Positions 1 through 13,610 are shown, numbered from the stretch's first letter. The stretch: DNA of 64,000 bases from Phoronis australis (GCA_002633005.1 NMRA01000942.1:23678-87677); one strand, 5' to 3'. Notes: generated by a model not told the origin, from the letters alone. A program made the numbers and translations.

Positions 1-1134
1 GTCCAATATGTCAATTAATGCAAGAGATTTACATGATGGTGTGGCTGGATGGAGAAAAAATTCAGAAAAGTGGGACAGTCCGCCAAGAACGGGGCAATTG
101 ACAAATACGCTGGGCGCTGTCATCAACACAAAGTACTAGATTGTTTTTTTTTCAGAAGACTAACTTTTCATTTTTCAAAATATTGTTTCACAAGCCACTG
201 ATAACAGTAGGCTTGGATTAACAAAAAACGGCATCTGGGCATCAGATAAACGTTGCACAAATGAATTATTCAAGAAACAATTGAAAGTAGTTGTACACAT
301 ACACACACACGCACAAACACAAACACACTTGGCAAAGCTATTATGAGTGATTTTGCGAAAATTACGTTAACTCTCCTGTTTTGAGTCTACAAACTTTTCA
401 TTTAGGCCAAATGTAACGTATTTCTGTAAAATATTGTTACATGAGTTTACTAGTCAAAAATGTCTTGTTGAAGCACTCTTGGCATGTAATATGATAGGTT
501 ACCGTAAGTTGTTCTACGACTGGAGCTGAAAAGATAGCAGATGCTGTCGTCTGCATTCACCCAGGGCAACAGGTCGGTGCTGATCAAGAATGACCAGCGT
601 CACGGTAACTGTTGGGTTTGTTGACTAATTTTGCCGAGAAATCGCTCATTGTATGGAGCCGCTTGGTGAACAGTAAGAACAAAATGAAAATGAAGCAATG
701 GAATTAGGCTTGATTTTATAACTGCAACTCAAGATCAAAACTCAGTCGAGCAGGTAGATGGAAATTCTCATTGCAAACTTTCGCGACTAGTTTCGGGTGG
801 CAAACTGAAGTAATAGAAGACATAGGACACGTGACAGAGTTGATATTCCATGGGTAGAGTTCTACGATTTTTAAAAAGACTATTTTGGTGAGAACTGAGA
901 CAAATAATGCTGCCCAACTTTTCACTGTGCTTCAAAAATCTACTGTTTTGATATTCGCTAACAAAAATTGAAAAAATGTCACCAGCCCAAGCCTCAACAA
1001 TTATTAAGGAAATGAATCCTCACACCACGTGTCATGTTCCTCGACATTTTTACCACTGCAACCGCCTATTACAAGCGTTTGATTTCTATTGAAATATTGA
1101 AAGCTTGACAAGTTCGATGTAAAATATAACTTAC

Positions 1135-1292
1135 TCCTCGGGATTAAGAAAAGCGGGGTAGTAGTTACACGAGAACATGAACTGTTTGTCAATTTTTCTT
1201 GTGAATGTTTTTGTTGCGCTGTCGTAACCTCCATCCATTTTTTCACAAAACTTAAAGCCGCAACCAACTTTGTATGTCTTCTGCCATGCCAT
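1135..1292 (-). CDS. Paralog A exon 4 (MAWQKTYKVGCG...FSCNYYPAFLNPE)
   Basis: tag acceptor, GTAAGT donor, 158 nt as in gene B; W..T..VGCG and CNYxP signatures. Confidence 0.92.
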
Positions 1293-4200
1293 CTACGAGG
1301 AGAGAAACGAAGTTTTCAGTCGAGAAAGAGCTCATTGTCATTGTTATATAAGCGTTTGGTTACAATGTTCCATAGCAACAGAGCGGATGATTGTCGTACT
1401 GCTACGGACAATGTTGGAAATATACCATAGAAAAACGTTCATACTGTTATACCACAATGCAACTTGGTTAAATTTGGAATGAGTATGAGCCAAGTGAAAA
1501 TTCAAACTGTCAATTTAGGATATCATTAAACTTGGTATAAATTCAATTATTTAGATGTTAATGCCGTCTCCAACTGAACAGTCAACTGGCAACAGAAAAC
1601 CTATTTCGATTTCGTAAATTTTAAAATCATCACGGTTGATTTTATCTCAGAATAGATTTACGGAACACATAGTTAAAGAACACTTTTGCAGATTGCGTGC
1701 AGCTTGCGCTAAAATGTGCATATCGAACAGAATGTCAAATACTTGGATCTATTTTGGATGTCGAACTGTTGAAAACTCTGCGCAACGGGGGAAAATTTGA
1801 AGAGATTGTTCGTCAACAACCTCCTTATTGCTTCTGTCCTCAATAGCTTCAGCGTACCAGTGTCTGAATCCGCCATTTACATTGTAACCTAGGGGCGAAC
1901 TCGTGAACTAAATCACTCTACTGGTCACTACTACTATAATAATAAATGACGTCGTTTAGTCAACAGCTGAGAATGGAGACGATTTGATTCTTAAACAGAG
2001 GTGTTTTATATCCGGTTAAGATCGATTATGGTTCCCAAAATATCCTACAAAGTATTTCCCATTCCTCTGATTGATGTCCGCTTCACAAATTTGTGAACAA
2101 GTTTTCGATGGCGGCCCTTCAGCTCTATTTTAGCTGAGCATTGGCTTGTCTAATGTGTGCTTCCCTGTGTTGCTATAACGTCAAACGATTTCCGGAATAG
2201 TCCGATGGATGTACAATAACAAAAACACGTTCAAGGAAGTTTTTTTTAACTTAAATTTTTATTGCAATTATGACTGGTAATTTTATGCCCCACCCCTGGA
2301 ATTTGTAAAAGATCCCCTTTGGATACTCTTTCGCATGTTTACGGCAACGTGTGTACTCAGCCATATGAATTCTCTGTAACAAAATAATTAGCATTCGCTA
2401 AGGTGTGCCAAGTAATCATACGCACCTGCAAGTAGTGCTCGCATACTCTACCAGGAGCACACGTGTCCGTAGTATAGTTGTAATGACTCTTCTGGTGCAG
2501 CCACCAATGGTGAACTAACATCCCTGCAAAGTCGATCTTGCGATTGGCGGTAGTGTAAGTATAGCGCCAGCCGACCTGCCCATTCGGAAACCATGACCTG
2601 GGTACCGGTCCTGGGCAGTAACTGAACAGAAATGATTCGTGAATTAGAAAATCATGATGCATAGTCCACCGTTTTCTTCACTTCTCTTCGATTAAGAATT
2701 TGCCAACTAAGACCTCCTCTGCGGAAGCCATAATACAGACTCTTATCTTGAAATGCCCTGCAACACTATCGAGATAGCTTTCAAAGATTAGACCCAAGGC
2801 CCAGAAATTCAGCAATGAATAAATCAAACTTCTGCTTATGTTGAAAAATGGTGGTATGTTGAGGAACGTAATTTTAGAGCATACTGTGATTGAACTATTT
2901 CGTGCTAAACTTGATTTCACGAAGAAGTTTTGGAGGAATGAATCAGAAAGAACACCTTTAATTGTTGCGACTTGTAAGGTTACAATTACCAGTACTGTGA
3001 TTTTGGTGTGAAATACTCTGAATAGCATATAGAATAATTCATTTTCTGTAACAGACGTCCATGCACATTGCAAACAGACACCTGACGCAATTTGTAACAT
3101 GGGCCTTGGCAAATACATTGGCAAACAGACTTGTGTACGCATGTGACATTTCAGCAATTGGCAATTTCTATGATCGTGCATAAGTCAACATTAACGTTAA
3201 GGAAAACCTGAAGGAAAATCTAAAGGATAAGTATAATGACAGTGTTAGGGGAAAACTTAAGATAAGCTCAAAATATAGCATCAGTTCATTTTGATAACTA
3301 TTATATCAGTGCAGTTTTGATACTTTTTAGTCTACATGTATTTCAACCTTATATTTCTTAAGTGACCAACCGAAAGTGCATGTGACCCCTCTGAGTCGTC
3401 TCATGGAAAGTGATTGGAGGTTTAAAGGTTCAAGACCAAACTTCAGTCAAATTTAAGACCTTAATTCGTGCTGTTGAGACAGAAGCCGAAACTTTGCAAA
3501 AAGTCCACGAAGACAGTGTTGACTTTCGGCCTTCGGCCAAGTTTGGTCATATTTAGGTCTGCTAACTAAGCGTTAGGCTTATGTTACCGATTCAACAGAT
3601 TATAAGAGTTTTTCCTAGTTGATACAAACATTATCGGATTGACAAAGTCGTGATAGCATTATTTTGTTTCAACAATTAAATGTTGAATTGGCGTCAATAT
3701 CCGTTGACAGTTGACAACCGGGTTTCAGATCACAATCTATGATAAAACGGTGAAATTTCCATGAAACCGTCTTCAGAACGTTTCTAATGTGACATTCGAC
3801 ATCAGTCTCGGTGGCATGAATGGCAAATCGTTATGGATTCACAAAACAGCATTGGACTACTTACTATTCATAATAGGCCTTTTCTGTTTGACACGAGTCC
3901 GCCATCAATTGTGAGCGACCTGCTAACTTGTCGTCCCATTCCTACAAAAAAGCGAAAAGATCAGAACTGACATGCACAAGATGCAGGTTGCTCAAGTCGC
4001 CGACAATTTCGTAACAAGATGAAGTGATTTGGGAAAATTCAATGGGAATATAAAGTATAAACCTTCATTGAGTCCTACACGTATCACGCACATATAATGT
4101 TTATTTTTAAGATACACTTCGTCTTGTTTTTCGGGGTAAAACGAATCTTGAATTACGACTTTGACTCTAAAAATTGGTCTGATATTCCTTATAGCAATAG

Positions 4201-7200
4201 AATTCAATTTCGGTTACCAAATAGAACGATGAAACTATCATGGGCTCCAGAAAACGTTTCCGGGTTGGGTGATCAACCCCGTATTTGCAAATTATACTTG
4301 AATTCCAGGGTTTCTTTCTATGGTACGCCAGATGAGTTAGTCAGTGGCAATGGGTCACAGCGTGTTAGATCCAAACTTAAACTGTTTGCTCCATAGTATG
4401 GATTCACTCATCACATGGGCAACTCCAACAGATACCCGCAAGGAAACGTGGAGGCGGAAACAGTAAAAAAACAAACAAAAACTGCCAAATGAGTTGGGAG
4501 GAGAGAAAGATTGTTAATTCACTGTTCTTGCCTTCGACATCACTACGGATTGGATTCAGCTCAGCTGAGCTGTTGATGGTCTGAAATATTTTTTAAATGT
4601 TTGTCATGAGATCTTCTGTACAATAAATATACATGCCCAGATGGCCAGGAGGCTTTTGGTTTATTAATACGAAGACATCTATATACAATTATTATGCACA
4701 AATACATAAATTAAAAAACAGATATTAAGATTACAATGGCATATGATTACGAATGTAAATAAATCATTTTTATACACAATAAGTTATTTCACATTATACA
4801 AAATTATTGGCGCACACAAAAGAAGCTGCGAGCGGCGTTTGTTCCCCGAAACACAGCCAAGTAAGTACCGCAGCTACGAAGGTTAACATTCATGAGAACG
4901 ATAGGGAAGAGAAACGACAACGGAAATATTGACGTCGACAACTAGACATTTGTTATGTAGTTGAGGTCAAATGACACTGTCTTGGAGAAATGTTCACGTA
5001 AGGCATACCACAATTACTGTATTTGTCACGAGACATCCCGAGCCTTTGTTGGACATGCATCTGTAGTATGATCGTGAGGGTCACACTAACAGTGATTGTA
5101 CATGTACAGATTACCGTAAAAATGTAGCGTGAGGGTCACACTAACGGTAATTGTACAAGTACAGATTATCGTAAAATTGTAGCGTGAGGGTCACACTAAC
5201 GGTGATTGTGCATGTACAGATTACCGTAAAATTGTAGTGTGAGGGTCACACTAACGGTGATTGTGCATGTACAGATTACCGTAAAATTGTAGCGTGAGGG
5301 TCACACTAACGGTGATTATACATGTACAGATTACCGTACAAATGTAGCAATTTCTGAGATCACTGATACGCCGTAAAGTGTAACAATTTTGTCAAATGTA
5401 ACGACAGTTACATTTACGTCCTTCTTACATTTTATGTTGGTAAGCCTCTCCTAAAATGTAAGAAAATGCGCTGGCGAGGAATGTATTATTGTAACATTTA
5501 CGAAACCAACGTCATACCACAAAAGAAATGACCAAAATCATGAGCAAGTGGTGTCTGACACGGCCGGGGATACTCTAAAATTTTTGGACGAGGGGTGCTT
5601 TTCGAAAATTTGGACACCTAGCCTCAGACAAAAAGTTACGCACTTTGTTTTTTAAAACATTGTAATTTTTTAAAAAACATCCTCTATTTCGCGCATTTCG
5701 GTTCCAGAAATTCAGAAAAGCCACCCTATAGATAAATAAGTGCATTTCGCTCCAATTGAGACAAATTAATTCACTTAGGAAGTAGCGGCGGTGGAATACC
5801 GTATCAATAGCAAACCTATCGTAATCATGTCGATCTATATAGCAAGTGCCTCATCAATCACTTATTGCGTATTTGTGGGCTACTTCAACCCCAAGCATAT
5901 AACTTTAACGCCGTGAAAGAATCGAATCTACATTGCATCTCGATAACGATACTGGTGAAGCCACTAACCAGCAGTGGACAGGCGCCAGCCGCCAACCGCC
6001 AATACCAGTGCTGGGAATTGGTACACTTCATATTTATCACACGTTCTCTAATCAACACAGTACACAAATGTGAGATACGGAGCGACTTCATGAGTGATCA
6101 CGTACCGATACATCTCCAACTAAACCGTGCCAGAGCCCAGCTTGACTCCCATCCACGTATATACAAATGCTCAAGAGAATGGATTGGTAAAATTTCAACA
6201 GTGATGAGGAGGTAAATATCGAATCTACGGAGTGCCGTAGATTCGATATTTACACACAACCAAAATGTCGACCGAGCTTCTCGGGCAGTTAACAATCTTA
6301 CAAACAATGCATTGGACAAAAACTGGACAATTGAAAAACTCCAAAAACTCAGAACTGGGCTTAAACAGTAGCTGTCAGAGCCCAGATGGGAGGCTGTGCG
6401 CATGCGTGAGAGTACAAGCTATGTCTGACACGGCCTCGTCTCCAAGTCTCAAGATGGCACTTATCGGTTTGGCCATTTGAGACTTGGTTATGGGAAATAC
6501 CTTCTGCGCAACGATTGGCTGATGCTTCCACGTCATTAAAACAAAGGTATTCACGAAGCACAAGACATTGTATTTTTTTAGTTTTTTTCTTCATCATATT
6601 TTTATTTTGCTATAGCATGATAATTACAAGTCATATAAAACAATATACTATACATCCTTTAAATAACATTAAATCATTACTCAAAAAGTACCGTATTTCC
6701 TTCAGGATGTAATTTAATAAGGTTAATGAACAATTCGATATTAAGATTTTTTTAACAAAGTTTTGACTAAATATGTAATTTTTGCTAGCATGATCAACAA
6801 ATTAATATTACAATTTTCCGACTGAATGTTTGCCAAAAAAACAAAAAACACTGCTATCTTGTCCACATGAAAATTTACATGATATGTTTGTTTTAACCAA
6901 TCAGCAAACAAGAGCCAGAAACCGACGACAGATGTCCCGAGCGTTGACCGAGTAGAGAACAGTGATCTTGGATGGTGAGCACACGTGAATTGAATTCTCG
7001 GAACACCCTCGCCGACGAACTAAAAATCCCCGGTCAAACTCAAAACTGCCCCCTAGCGGGAATACATAACATACCATGTCCGAGAAACTTGAAGTAGAAA
7101 ACTTTAAAAAATCTTGATTGAAAGAGCACACAGGCTACGTCATGGACTTGGGGTACAAAGGCCCACAATTGTTAAATTAAACAAATAAGGTTATAGATAG

Positions 7201-10200
7201 ATGGTCCTGAGAAGCGCTCTTCAAGAACTTCGAATGGTGGGACATTATCCCAAGATTTCTCGCCAAAAATCACAGTAGGGACAGTAGAAAGAAACTCAGT
7301 AGTTCGAATGGAATGGTCCTGTAATCCAAATTGTGGTGCCATACTATGCGGCGATTTTCAGTCAATGCTCGAACAGCCACACATGGGGATTTTGTAAACA
7401 ATAAACGGCTGTGAAATTTCTTAAAAATGATCGAAGTGATATGGATATGAGTATGATACCCAGATACCATCCCGAGTGTCTCAGAATAACGAATGCAAAT
7501 GTTTCGTATACATTAATTTTCACTCGAAATATGTCACCAAGGCAAATATTTGAAAACTTTCAATTGTGCTTGTGTTTATCTAACTTTACAACCAAACTTT
7601 TAAAGTCTTTTTTTCAAAATCGACGGGATATCCGGTGAAACCTTGTAACCTATGGAGCAGTTGTGTGAGTACCCATCATGCATACGAACTGTTCATATTT
7701 GGTGATATCGTTCAACTGGCAAAACTCATTATGCTCTAAATTGGTGAATGTAAAGGTGATGCTATTTTGAAAGGATCACAGGGTTTCATTGTGCAAAATA
7801 TCTTCGCAGAAGGCGAACGTGTTTGTGCAGTTGTAAGGTGTTGAAGAGGAACTCATCAATGTTGCATTTATGTTTGTCATTCTTTATAGCACAAACATCT
7901 TCCACGGTCCCATAGTGCTTGTCGTATAGTTGCATCATTTAATGTTATCTGGGACTTTATCGACACGTCTGTGCCTTCAGTCTAACATCTACAGAACCAT
8001 AAAATTTAACTCGGTTAAAGGAGAATGCCACCCGATTAAATTAGTCTTTTTTACCGTCTTAATCGGTCAATATCCACATCGCCTCTTATACGGTCGACCT
8101 CATCTTGCCGAGAGGTGTCGCGTTAACCCGTATGGATGGTGAGAAACGACGCAGCGACGTCAGTGGTTCGTCTGCAGAGTGAATGCCGCTGTATTGCGAG
8201 CATCGTTCCCGCTTGCCCGAACTATGAAGCAGCGAAGAAAGCGGGTATATCGTTTTTTCGACTTACTCGAGAGCTCGAGATGATTAGGAAGTGGCTCGCG
8301 TTAGTGAAGAATGAAAGGTACGCTGTTCAAAGTAAATATGAGGCCGTGAAACATCTCCATGTCTGTGGCCGACAGTTCGTCGACAGTCGGATTTCCCTGA
8401 CAAATTCCGGCTTACGGAAGCACTATCCATACGTTTCGTTCCCTGTGCATGTTCACGGCGCCCCTCTGGTATTTCTTGGTCAGTGTGTTCCGGTTCCAAC
8501 TGATAGCCTTTGAAATCTAACGATCCGACCCGTGAAGTCTTCGTCAGATGAGCTCTTGACTAAGTCGGGATTGGCGCCGGACGAGTTGCCATGTAGACGT
8601 TTATTTTCTGCGCTCTGCTTCAAAATGAATTATTCTCATCCCATCCAAAACTGAAACAAATTCTGTCTCACTAGATACAAGTTGTAATGCCTTTGCAGTA
8701 TTCATGAGTGCAAATGTTGAGAAGCCAGAAATCAATAAACCACTGCGTTACCGGCTTTTGATGCCGGCAATAAAGGTAATTAACCGGGCACCGAGGCCGT
8801 GTGAGCGCATGCTAATTCAGTGTTTACTGACTGAAAACTGTTGTGAAACAATTACTCGATTTTATATGCTATGGTTACATGTTAGGGGGATCTTTATTTA
8901 GAAATACAAATACATTATTCAAATCATTGTTACTGTACAACCTTTGCCCTGAAGGTCTGCGGAAGGGGAACCTGACTTTGCGGCCCCTACAAGTAAGCAG
9001 ATTTTCAGTTTCGTGACTAATTCACATAAATAATTATGTGCACATTATTTCTTTGGGTCATTATTATTAGTCTTTTCGTGGCTTTAGGCTTAGTTTCCAA
9101 CTCAAGCTGGTTTATGTTCGTGCCAGTCTCGGCGGCCGCGACGGGTCTGATCGGTTTCCAAGCCACTGGCCGGGATAACGAGTCAGTCCGGTCCGCGACG
9201 TGCCTGATTGGGTTCCGAGCCACTGGCCGGGATAACAAGAGCTTTGTGTGTTTAGAACTCAAAAAATCACAAGTGTAAACAACACAGATCTAGGTTATCC
9301 TGTCTGTATTTCACGGGAGTATACTTCAAACTATCTCCGAACAGACCCCAAACTCCTGCTACGGACCTTGGAAAACTGACCTGCCGAACTTTGTAGGCTA
9401 CGGTGTGTCCAAATAGCAATAAATCCGTAACAGCGAAATAAAACAACACGTTTGTAGAAGAACTCGGTGTATTTTTAAGGGTTTTACATCAAGGTTTGAT
9501 GATATATTGGTGTTAAACGATGGATTAAAGCGATACGTTGACACCGGTAACCAGTGTTGTGATCTGCTGAAGAGACTGAGTGTTAAACCAATGACGTGTT
9601 TGGGTAATTTCAACACCTCCGTCTGCCGTCAGGTGTCAGGTAAAGCAACCTAACGTGCCTTTATCGAGTAGAACTACTGGATCTAAATTGATACAAAATA
9701 GGTTGTTTTTTGGGTGGCATGCTCCTTTAAGGTCTATATTTACTGAAAGTAAAAAGTGCAGAATTTGATTTTGATTTCATGCAAATCTGTCATGTTTTTG
9801 TTAAAAATTAGCAATACAGAGATCACAGGAAAACTACGACATCTGTAGCATATATAGGGAGGACAACGTTTATTTTTTTTAGCCCACGTTAATACATTTT
9901 TGAAAAGCCTTTCGTGAACGACATTGAATGGGCAAACATAAAAATTGGGTGAACAGTTACCAAGGAAATGGCCGTTGAAACGCGATGGTTATGAGTAAAA
10001 TGTCTGCCTTTCTACATAATTTTGTAAAAAATGAACGAATGTATTCGAGTGCTGCACGTTAAAGATTTGTCTCATAACGACGAACATGAAAAGTGATATG
10101 CAAAGATACTGCAGTTTAAGTGTGTTTTTAGCGTATGGAAAAGGAGCATCCACCCATGTTTAATGAAAACATATATTACACAGCTTAAAACAAAGGACAA

Positions 10201-11665
10201 AAGCAACATATCAGCTAAGAAATAAATACACCTGAGCCAGGATTAAGTTTCACATTATACCTTAAGATAATATTGGTGGACTTGGAGAGCAGAAAATCGG
10301 GGTTTAATCCCATATCTCTATCAACAGAACCAAATCCACAAGGCCGAAGGCAAGGCAAATAGCTGAGAAATTAACATTATAAAGGACATTAATTTATTAT
10401 TATTCACTAATTAGCAAAATGCCCATTTCTTCTCCTACCAACAAACCAGTACTACTACTAGATCGTATCATGGCAAAAACATCAGAAAGGACACAAAAAA
10501 CCATTTGAGAAAACAACAAGTTCTTAAATTTTGTGATATGAAAGATTTAATCATTTAAGTAACAAAAGCTCTTTGAGACAACTTTATTTTGAACGGCAAA
10601 GTTGCGGTAAGATTGACTCCAACACGGGCTCTCGGTGTATGGGGCGACTTAGTGAGCAAACGACTGCTGTTTAAAAAGTGCCAATGCGCTGTAGTTTGAC
10701 AGAATTTCTGGGAATGAAATAATCTCCTATTAAAAGAACGATAAATTCTTCATCTAAGAATCAGGAGAGCATATTGCGCAACTGCACGAACATCAGTCTC
10801 CCCACCGATCAAAATCAGGCCTTTCGGACGATCGAAAAATCACGTTGACAACTTGACTTTCACGTGAAGAAAAGCAATGGGATAAATAAAGTTCATTAAA
10901 GAAAAGTACGTAGGGAGGTGCTCGCGCATCTAAGCTACATCCTGTCCATATGACATGCTTGTAATCGAGAGTATAGTACTCTTCTGGATTGGAGGAACAA
11001 GAGACACTTTTTTGGAGGTTGATGGCATGGCAGAAAATCGTGCATACAAAAACAATTCATCAGCGATAATTCGTGAAAAAAGGTTACAAAGTTACAGGTA
11101 AAGACCTAATTAACAATAATTTGTAACAAAAGGTTGTATTCTAGTTAACTTTGATGTCTGAAATCGGGTAATTTACCAATGTGGGTTTTAGATGGAGGCA
11201 GATGGAACTCCGCAACCTACACGTACTTTTTGTGTGTCCTCCCTAGCATACAGCTCATTACATTTGGCTCAAAAAGGAATTTCAAAAAAACGCTGAAGGT
11301 TTTTCAATGCAGTATTTAGAATCCAATCAGCCGTTTCTGATATTACTTTTCGAAGTTAGTCAAGTTTGGCCATTTTTCTAGGGTCATGAATGTCATTTTC
11401 AATTGGTACAACTAAGTTGTTCTGTAGCAAATGAAAGTTAAAACATACTTACAATTTTTTTGAACTTCACCTTGTCTGTTTCTAAGGTTTGCCGCAATTG
11501 GTTGTGAGTATCAACGATTATTTTCTTTTCTTCATCAGACAACATTACCGGTGCGGTCTTATTGCAATTTAAAAGAGTGTCATCTGGGAGCGGAGAAGCT
11601 CCGGAGATTGTCAGAAAGTTAAGAAAACACAAGACACAAATAAATATCGCAGCAATAACTTTCAT
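1135..11665 (-). CDS. CAP/SCP (CRISP-like) secreted protein, paralog A; exons 11453-11665, 3865-3941, 2426-2621, 1135-1292; 3' exons lie beyond the window start
   Basis: Four GT-AG exons join in frame (phases 0,2,0,2) and match gene B exon by exon; signal peptide, HNxLR, EWDDxLA, HYLQMAW..VGCG and CNYYP CAP motifs. Joining exon 1 to exon 2 across 7.5 kb is inferred. Confidence 0.85.
2426..2621 (-). CDS. Paralog A exon 3 (YCPGPVPRSW...YNYTTDTCAPGRVCEHYLQ)
   Basis: ctgttcag acceptor, GTGCGT donor; CAP YxY..C...CxHYxQ motif. Confidence 0.9.
3865..3941 (-). CDS. Paralog A exon 2 (EWDDKLAGRSQLMADSCQTEKAYYE)
   Basis: tttttgtag acceptor, GTAAGT donor, 77 nt as in gene B exon 2; WDxxLA CAP motif. 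Confidence 0.9.
4305..5070 (+). mobile_element. Gypsy-type LTR retrotransposon integrase relic
   Basis: YGTPDELVSGNG...FAP*YGFTH...RYPQGNVEAE matches rve GxPxxLxSDNG...YPQxNGxAE; contains stops. Confidence 0.7.
5073..5348. repeat. 55-bp minisatellite, 5 copies
   Basis: gtgagggtcacactaac recurs at 55-nt spacing. Confidence 0.95.
5800..6370 (+). mobile_element. Non-LTR retrotransposon APE endonuclease relic
   Basis: SDHVPI motif typical of the end of LINE endonucleases; frames broken. Confidence 0.45.
8019..9726 (+). mobile_element. Non-autonomous Kolobok-like DNA transposon with decayed THAP domain
   Basis: TTAA on both sides (8015-8018, 9727-9730); TIR aggagaatgccaccc / gggtggcatgctcct; ORF 8136-8513 has VPxC...FFR...W...VCGRQF; internal ~58-bp tandem at 9131-9240. 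Confidence 0.8.
11453..11665 (-). CDS. Paralog A exon 1: signal peptide and CAP N-terminus (MKVIAAIF...VDTHNQLRQTLETDKVKFKKI)
   Basis: ATG at 11665, hydrophobic leader, HNxLR motif, GTAAGT donor at 11452, phase 0. Confidence 0.9.
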
Positions 11666-11780
11666 TTCTGACCGGTACAAATGCGTCGTGGACCACTGTG
11701 AAGTCACTCAACAAAGTACTAAAAAGTTCTGTTATTCGGTTGTTATACGTTGTTCATACAAGTACGGGAAGACACATGCG

Positions 11781-11788
11781 TTTATATA
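11781..11788 (-). promoter_or_regulatory. Candidate TATA box (TATATAAA) of paralog A
   Basis: Motif ~115 nt upstream of the ATG on the coding strand. Confidence 0.4.
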
Positions 11789-12049
11789 CACCCAAGCCTT
11801 GGTCCCGAGACTTTATTTTTACCAGCCTGGAGTGTCCAGTAACCTAGCCAATGGGCTTCGGAGAGTAGCTTTAAGCCACGAGACCAACTAGATACAGATC
11901 TAAGATATAAGCAGCTGAGATTCATGGGACAACTCTTATGCTAACATTTGAGGTTCTATTACTCTAACGCCTAAGCACGAGTTTACTGGGGTGCAAACCC
12001 GCCAATTCGTATTATCATCACGGTCAAACTCTCGAGATCTTTGACTCAG

Positions 12050-12345
12050 CTAAGTAAATCGAACTTAAATACTCATCTGAATTTTCATGGAACTCACATG
12101 TAAATGACATCACCACAAAAGCGAAAGAAAATGCTCACAAATCTCTTGTAAGGTCCATCTAAGTGTACTGCTCTAGCGTCTGGGACCCACAGAACGAAAT
12201 CTCTCGGGAGATGACGACATCGTAGCAGCAGAAAAGGTAATAGACAGAAAAAGCTCCACTGTGTCAGACACACTCCATCAGCTCTACTGGAGATCTTTGG
12301 AAAATAGAAGAGCTGACATGAAACTTGGTTTACTCTACAAAATTG
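12050..12345 (+). mobile_element. CR1/L2-group LINE ORF2 C-terminal relic, 5' part
   Basis: LVRS..YCSSVWDP...LHQLYWRSLENRR...LLYKIV. Confidence 0.7.
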
Positions 12346-13381
12346 TTAAGAGCCATTCCACGAGAAAATCAAAAGAAACAAGAAATCAGGGGTCATCTTT
12401 CAGATTCAGATTAAACTTTGTGCATGCGATCGTGTTGTGGTTCTGATAAAAATCACCAATTTTGCACATGTTGGCCTCTTAATTTTTTACTTATAAGCCT
12501 TCAAAGGTTCACAAAAAAATGACACGTTTTTGCATTCCGGAAACAGAAATTTTGCAATATAAAACAGTTTGATAGCATGTAATGAGATATAAGACATTAG
12601 AAAGAGGGACATAAGAACTACCAAATAAAATTGATACTGAAGGTTTCGCTCCCTTCATCACTTGACAGGGGAGATAAATTGGGAGGCATGCTTCTACAAG
12701 CCAGTTGGCGGGGCTGTCGACATTGAAAGCTATGCTCATGGATAGATCTTAGAATTGTGAAAAAATAGAAATTTTCTTTCGAACGGGCTTTTTTAATATA
12801 AAAATGGCTCAATGTTGTGTATACTACAATGTTAAAACGAAAATTTTTTGTGACATTATTATACTTAAAATGGTTTCAAGAAGAGCTAATTAATAAGAAT
12901 GAACATTTTAGAAACTATAATGCTGCCTGACATATCCATACACCGTTTGATCCATTAAGCGTTCATAACTGACCGTAGGTGAGAGGTCACACAGGCACAG
13001 GTGATGTCATATTTAGCTTGAACCAATATCCAAAACGCTTGACGCCCTCGTAGACAATTTTTAGGTTGACATAAAAATTTCGTGTGATTTGTAATGAAAT
13101 ATTCCGATGTGTGCACCATTTCACGATGATTTAGCGTTACTGGTTTGAGACCACGAGAAGCGGACTGACCGAAAATATTTTTTTTTCACTTTGAAGACAA
13201 AAGCCTAGATCACAGAAAAGACATCGATGTCTGAAACACAAAAATGAAAAAATCAAAAATAGTTTGGTGTGTTCAAAAGTTATCTCTATTTGTGTGCCAA
13301 ATTTTGACTCGCCGTTTTGATCGATTCGGCCATATTGGATGGCAGCGGCAAAGGGCAGAAGTTTAAGTGCTCAAAAACTGA

Positions 13382-13610
13382 GGAGACAGTGTGGCTCAGG
13401 GGTTAAAGCTCCGGTCTCCCACATGAGATACCTGGCTTCAAATCCTGGCTTCACTGGCTGACACTCGAGCACTGAACAAAGATGTCTCCTATTCCTCTGA
13501 GCTCAGTCTTACTTGTGAATGTGTGTAAGGGAGTGAATCAGAACCTGTAGAGGAGGACCATGCTTTAGCCCTTGGGCTAAAGCATGTTCCCTTCTTAAAT
13601 TAAAAAAAAA
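13382..13610 (+). mobile_element. tRNA-derived SINE
   Basis: A box TGGCTCAGGGG, B-box-like GCTTCAAATCC, cagtg/cactg stem, A-rich tail. Confidence 0.6.

Larger units (their letters stand above)
1..4290. repeat. Diverged segmental duplicate of ~37495-41515 (exons 2-4 with introns)
   Basis: Colinear intron and exon similarity, including the CA microsatellite position. Confidence 0.9.

Noticed and set aside
2678-3181. 167-aa ORF in gene A intron 2
   Set aside because: The paralogous intron (39850-40400) has indels and no equivalent ORF.
5073-5348. CRISPR-like periodicity
   Set aside because: Units are contiguous with no unique spacers, there are no cas genes, and the context is eukaryotic.
13386-13456. 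tRNA gene
   Set aside because: Degenerate B box and anticodon arm, followed by a body and A-tail; better explained as a SINE head.
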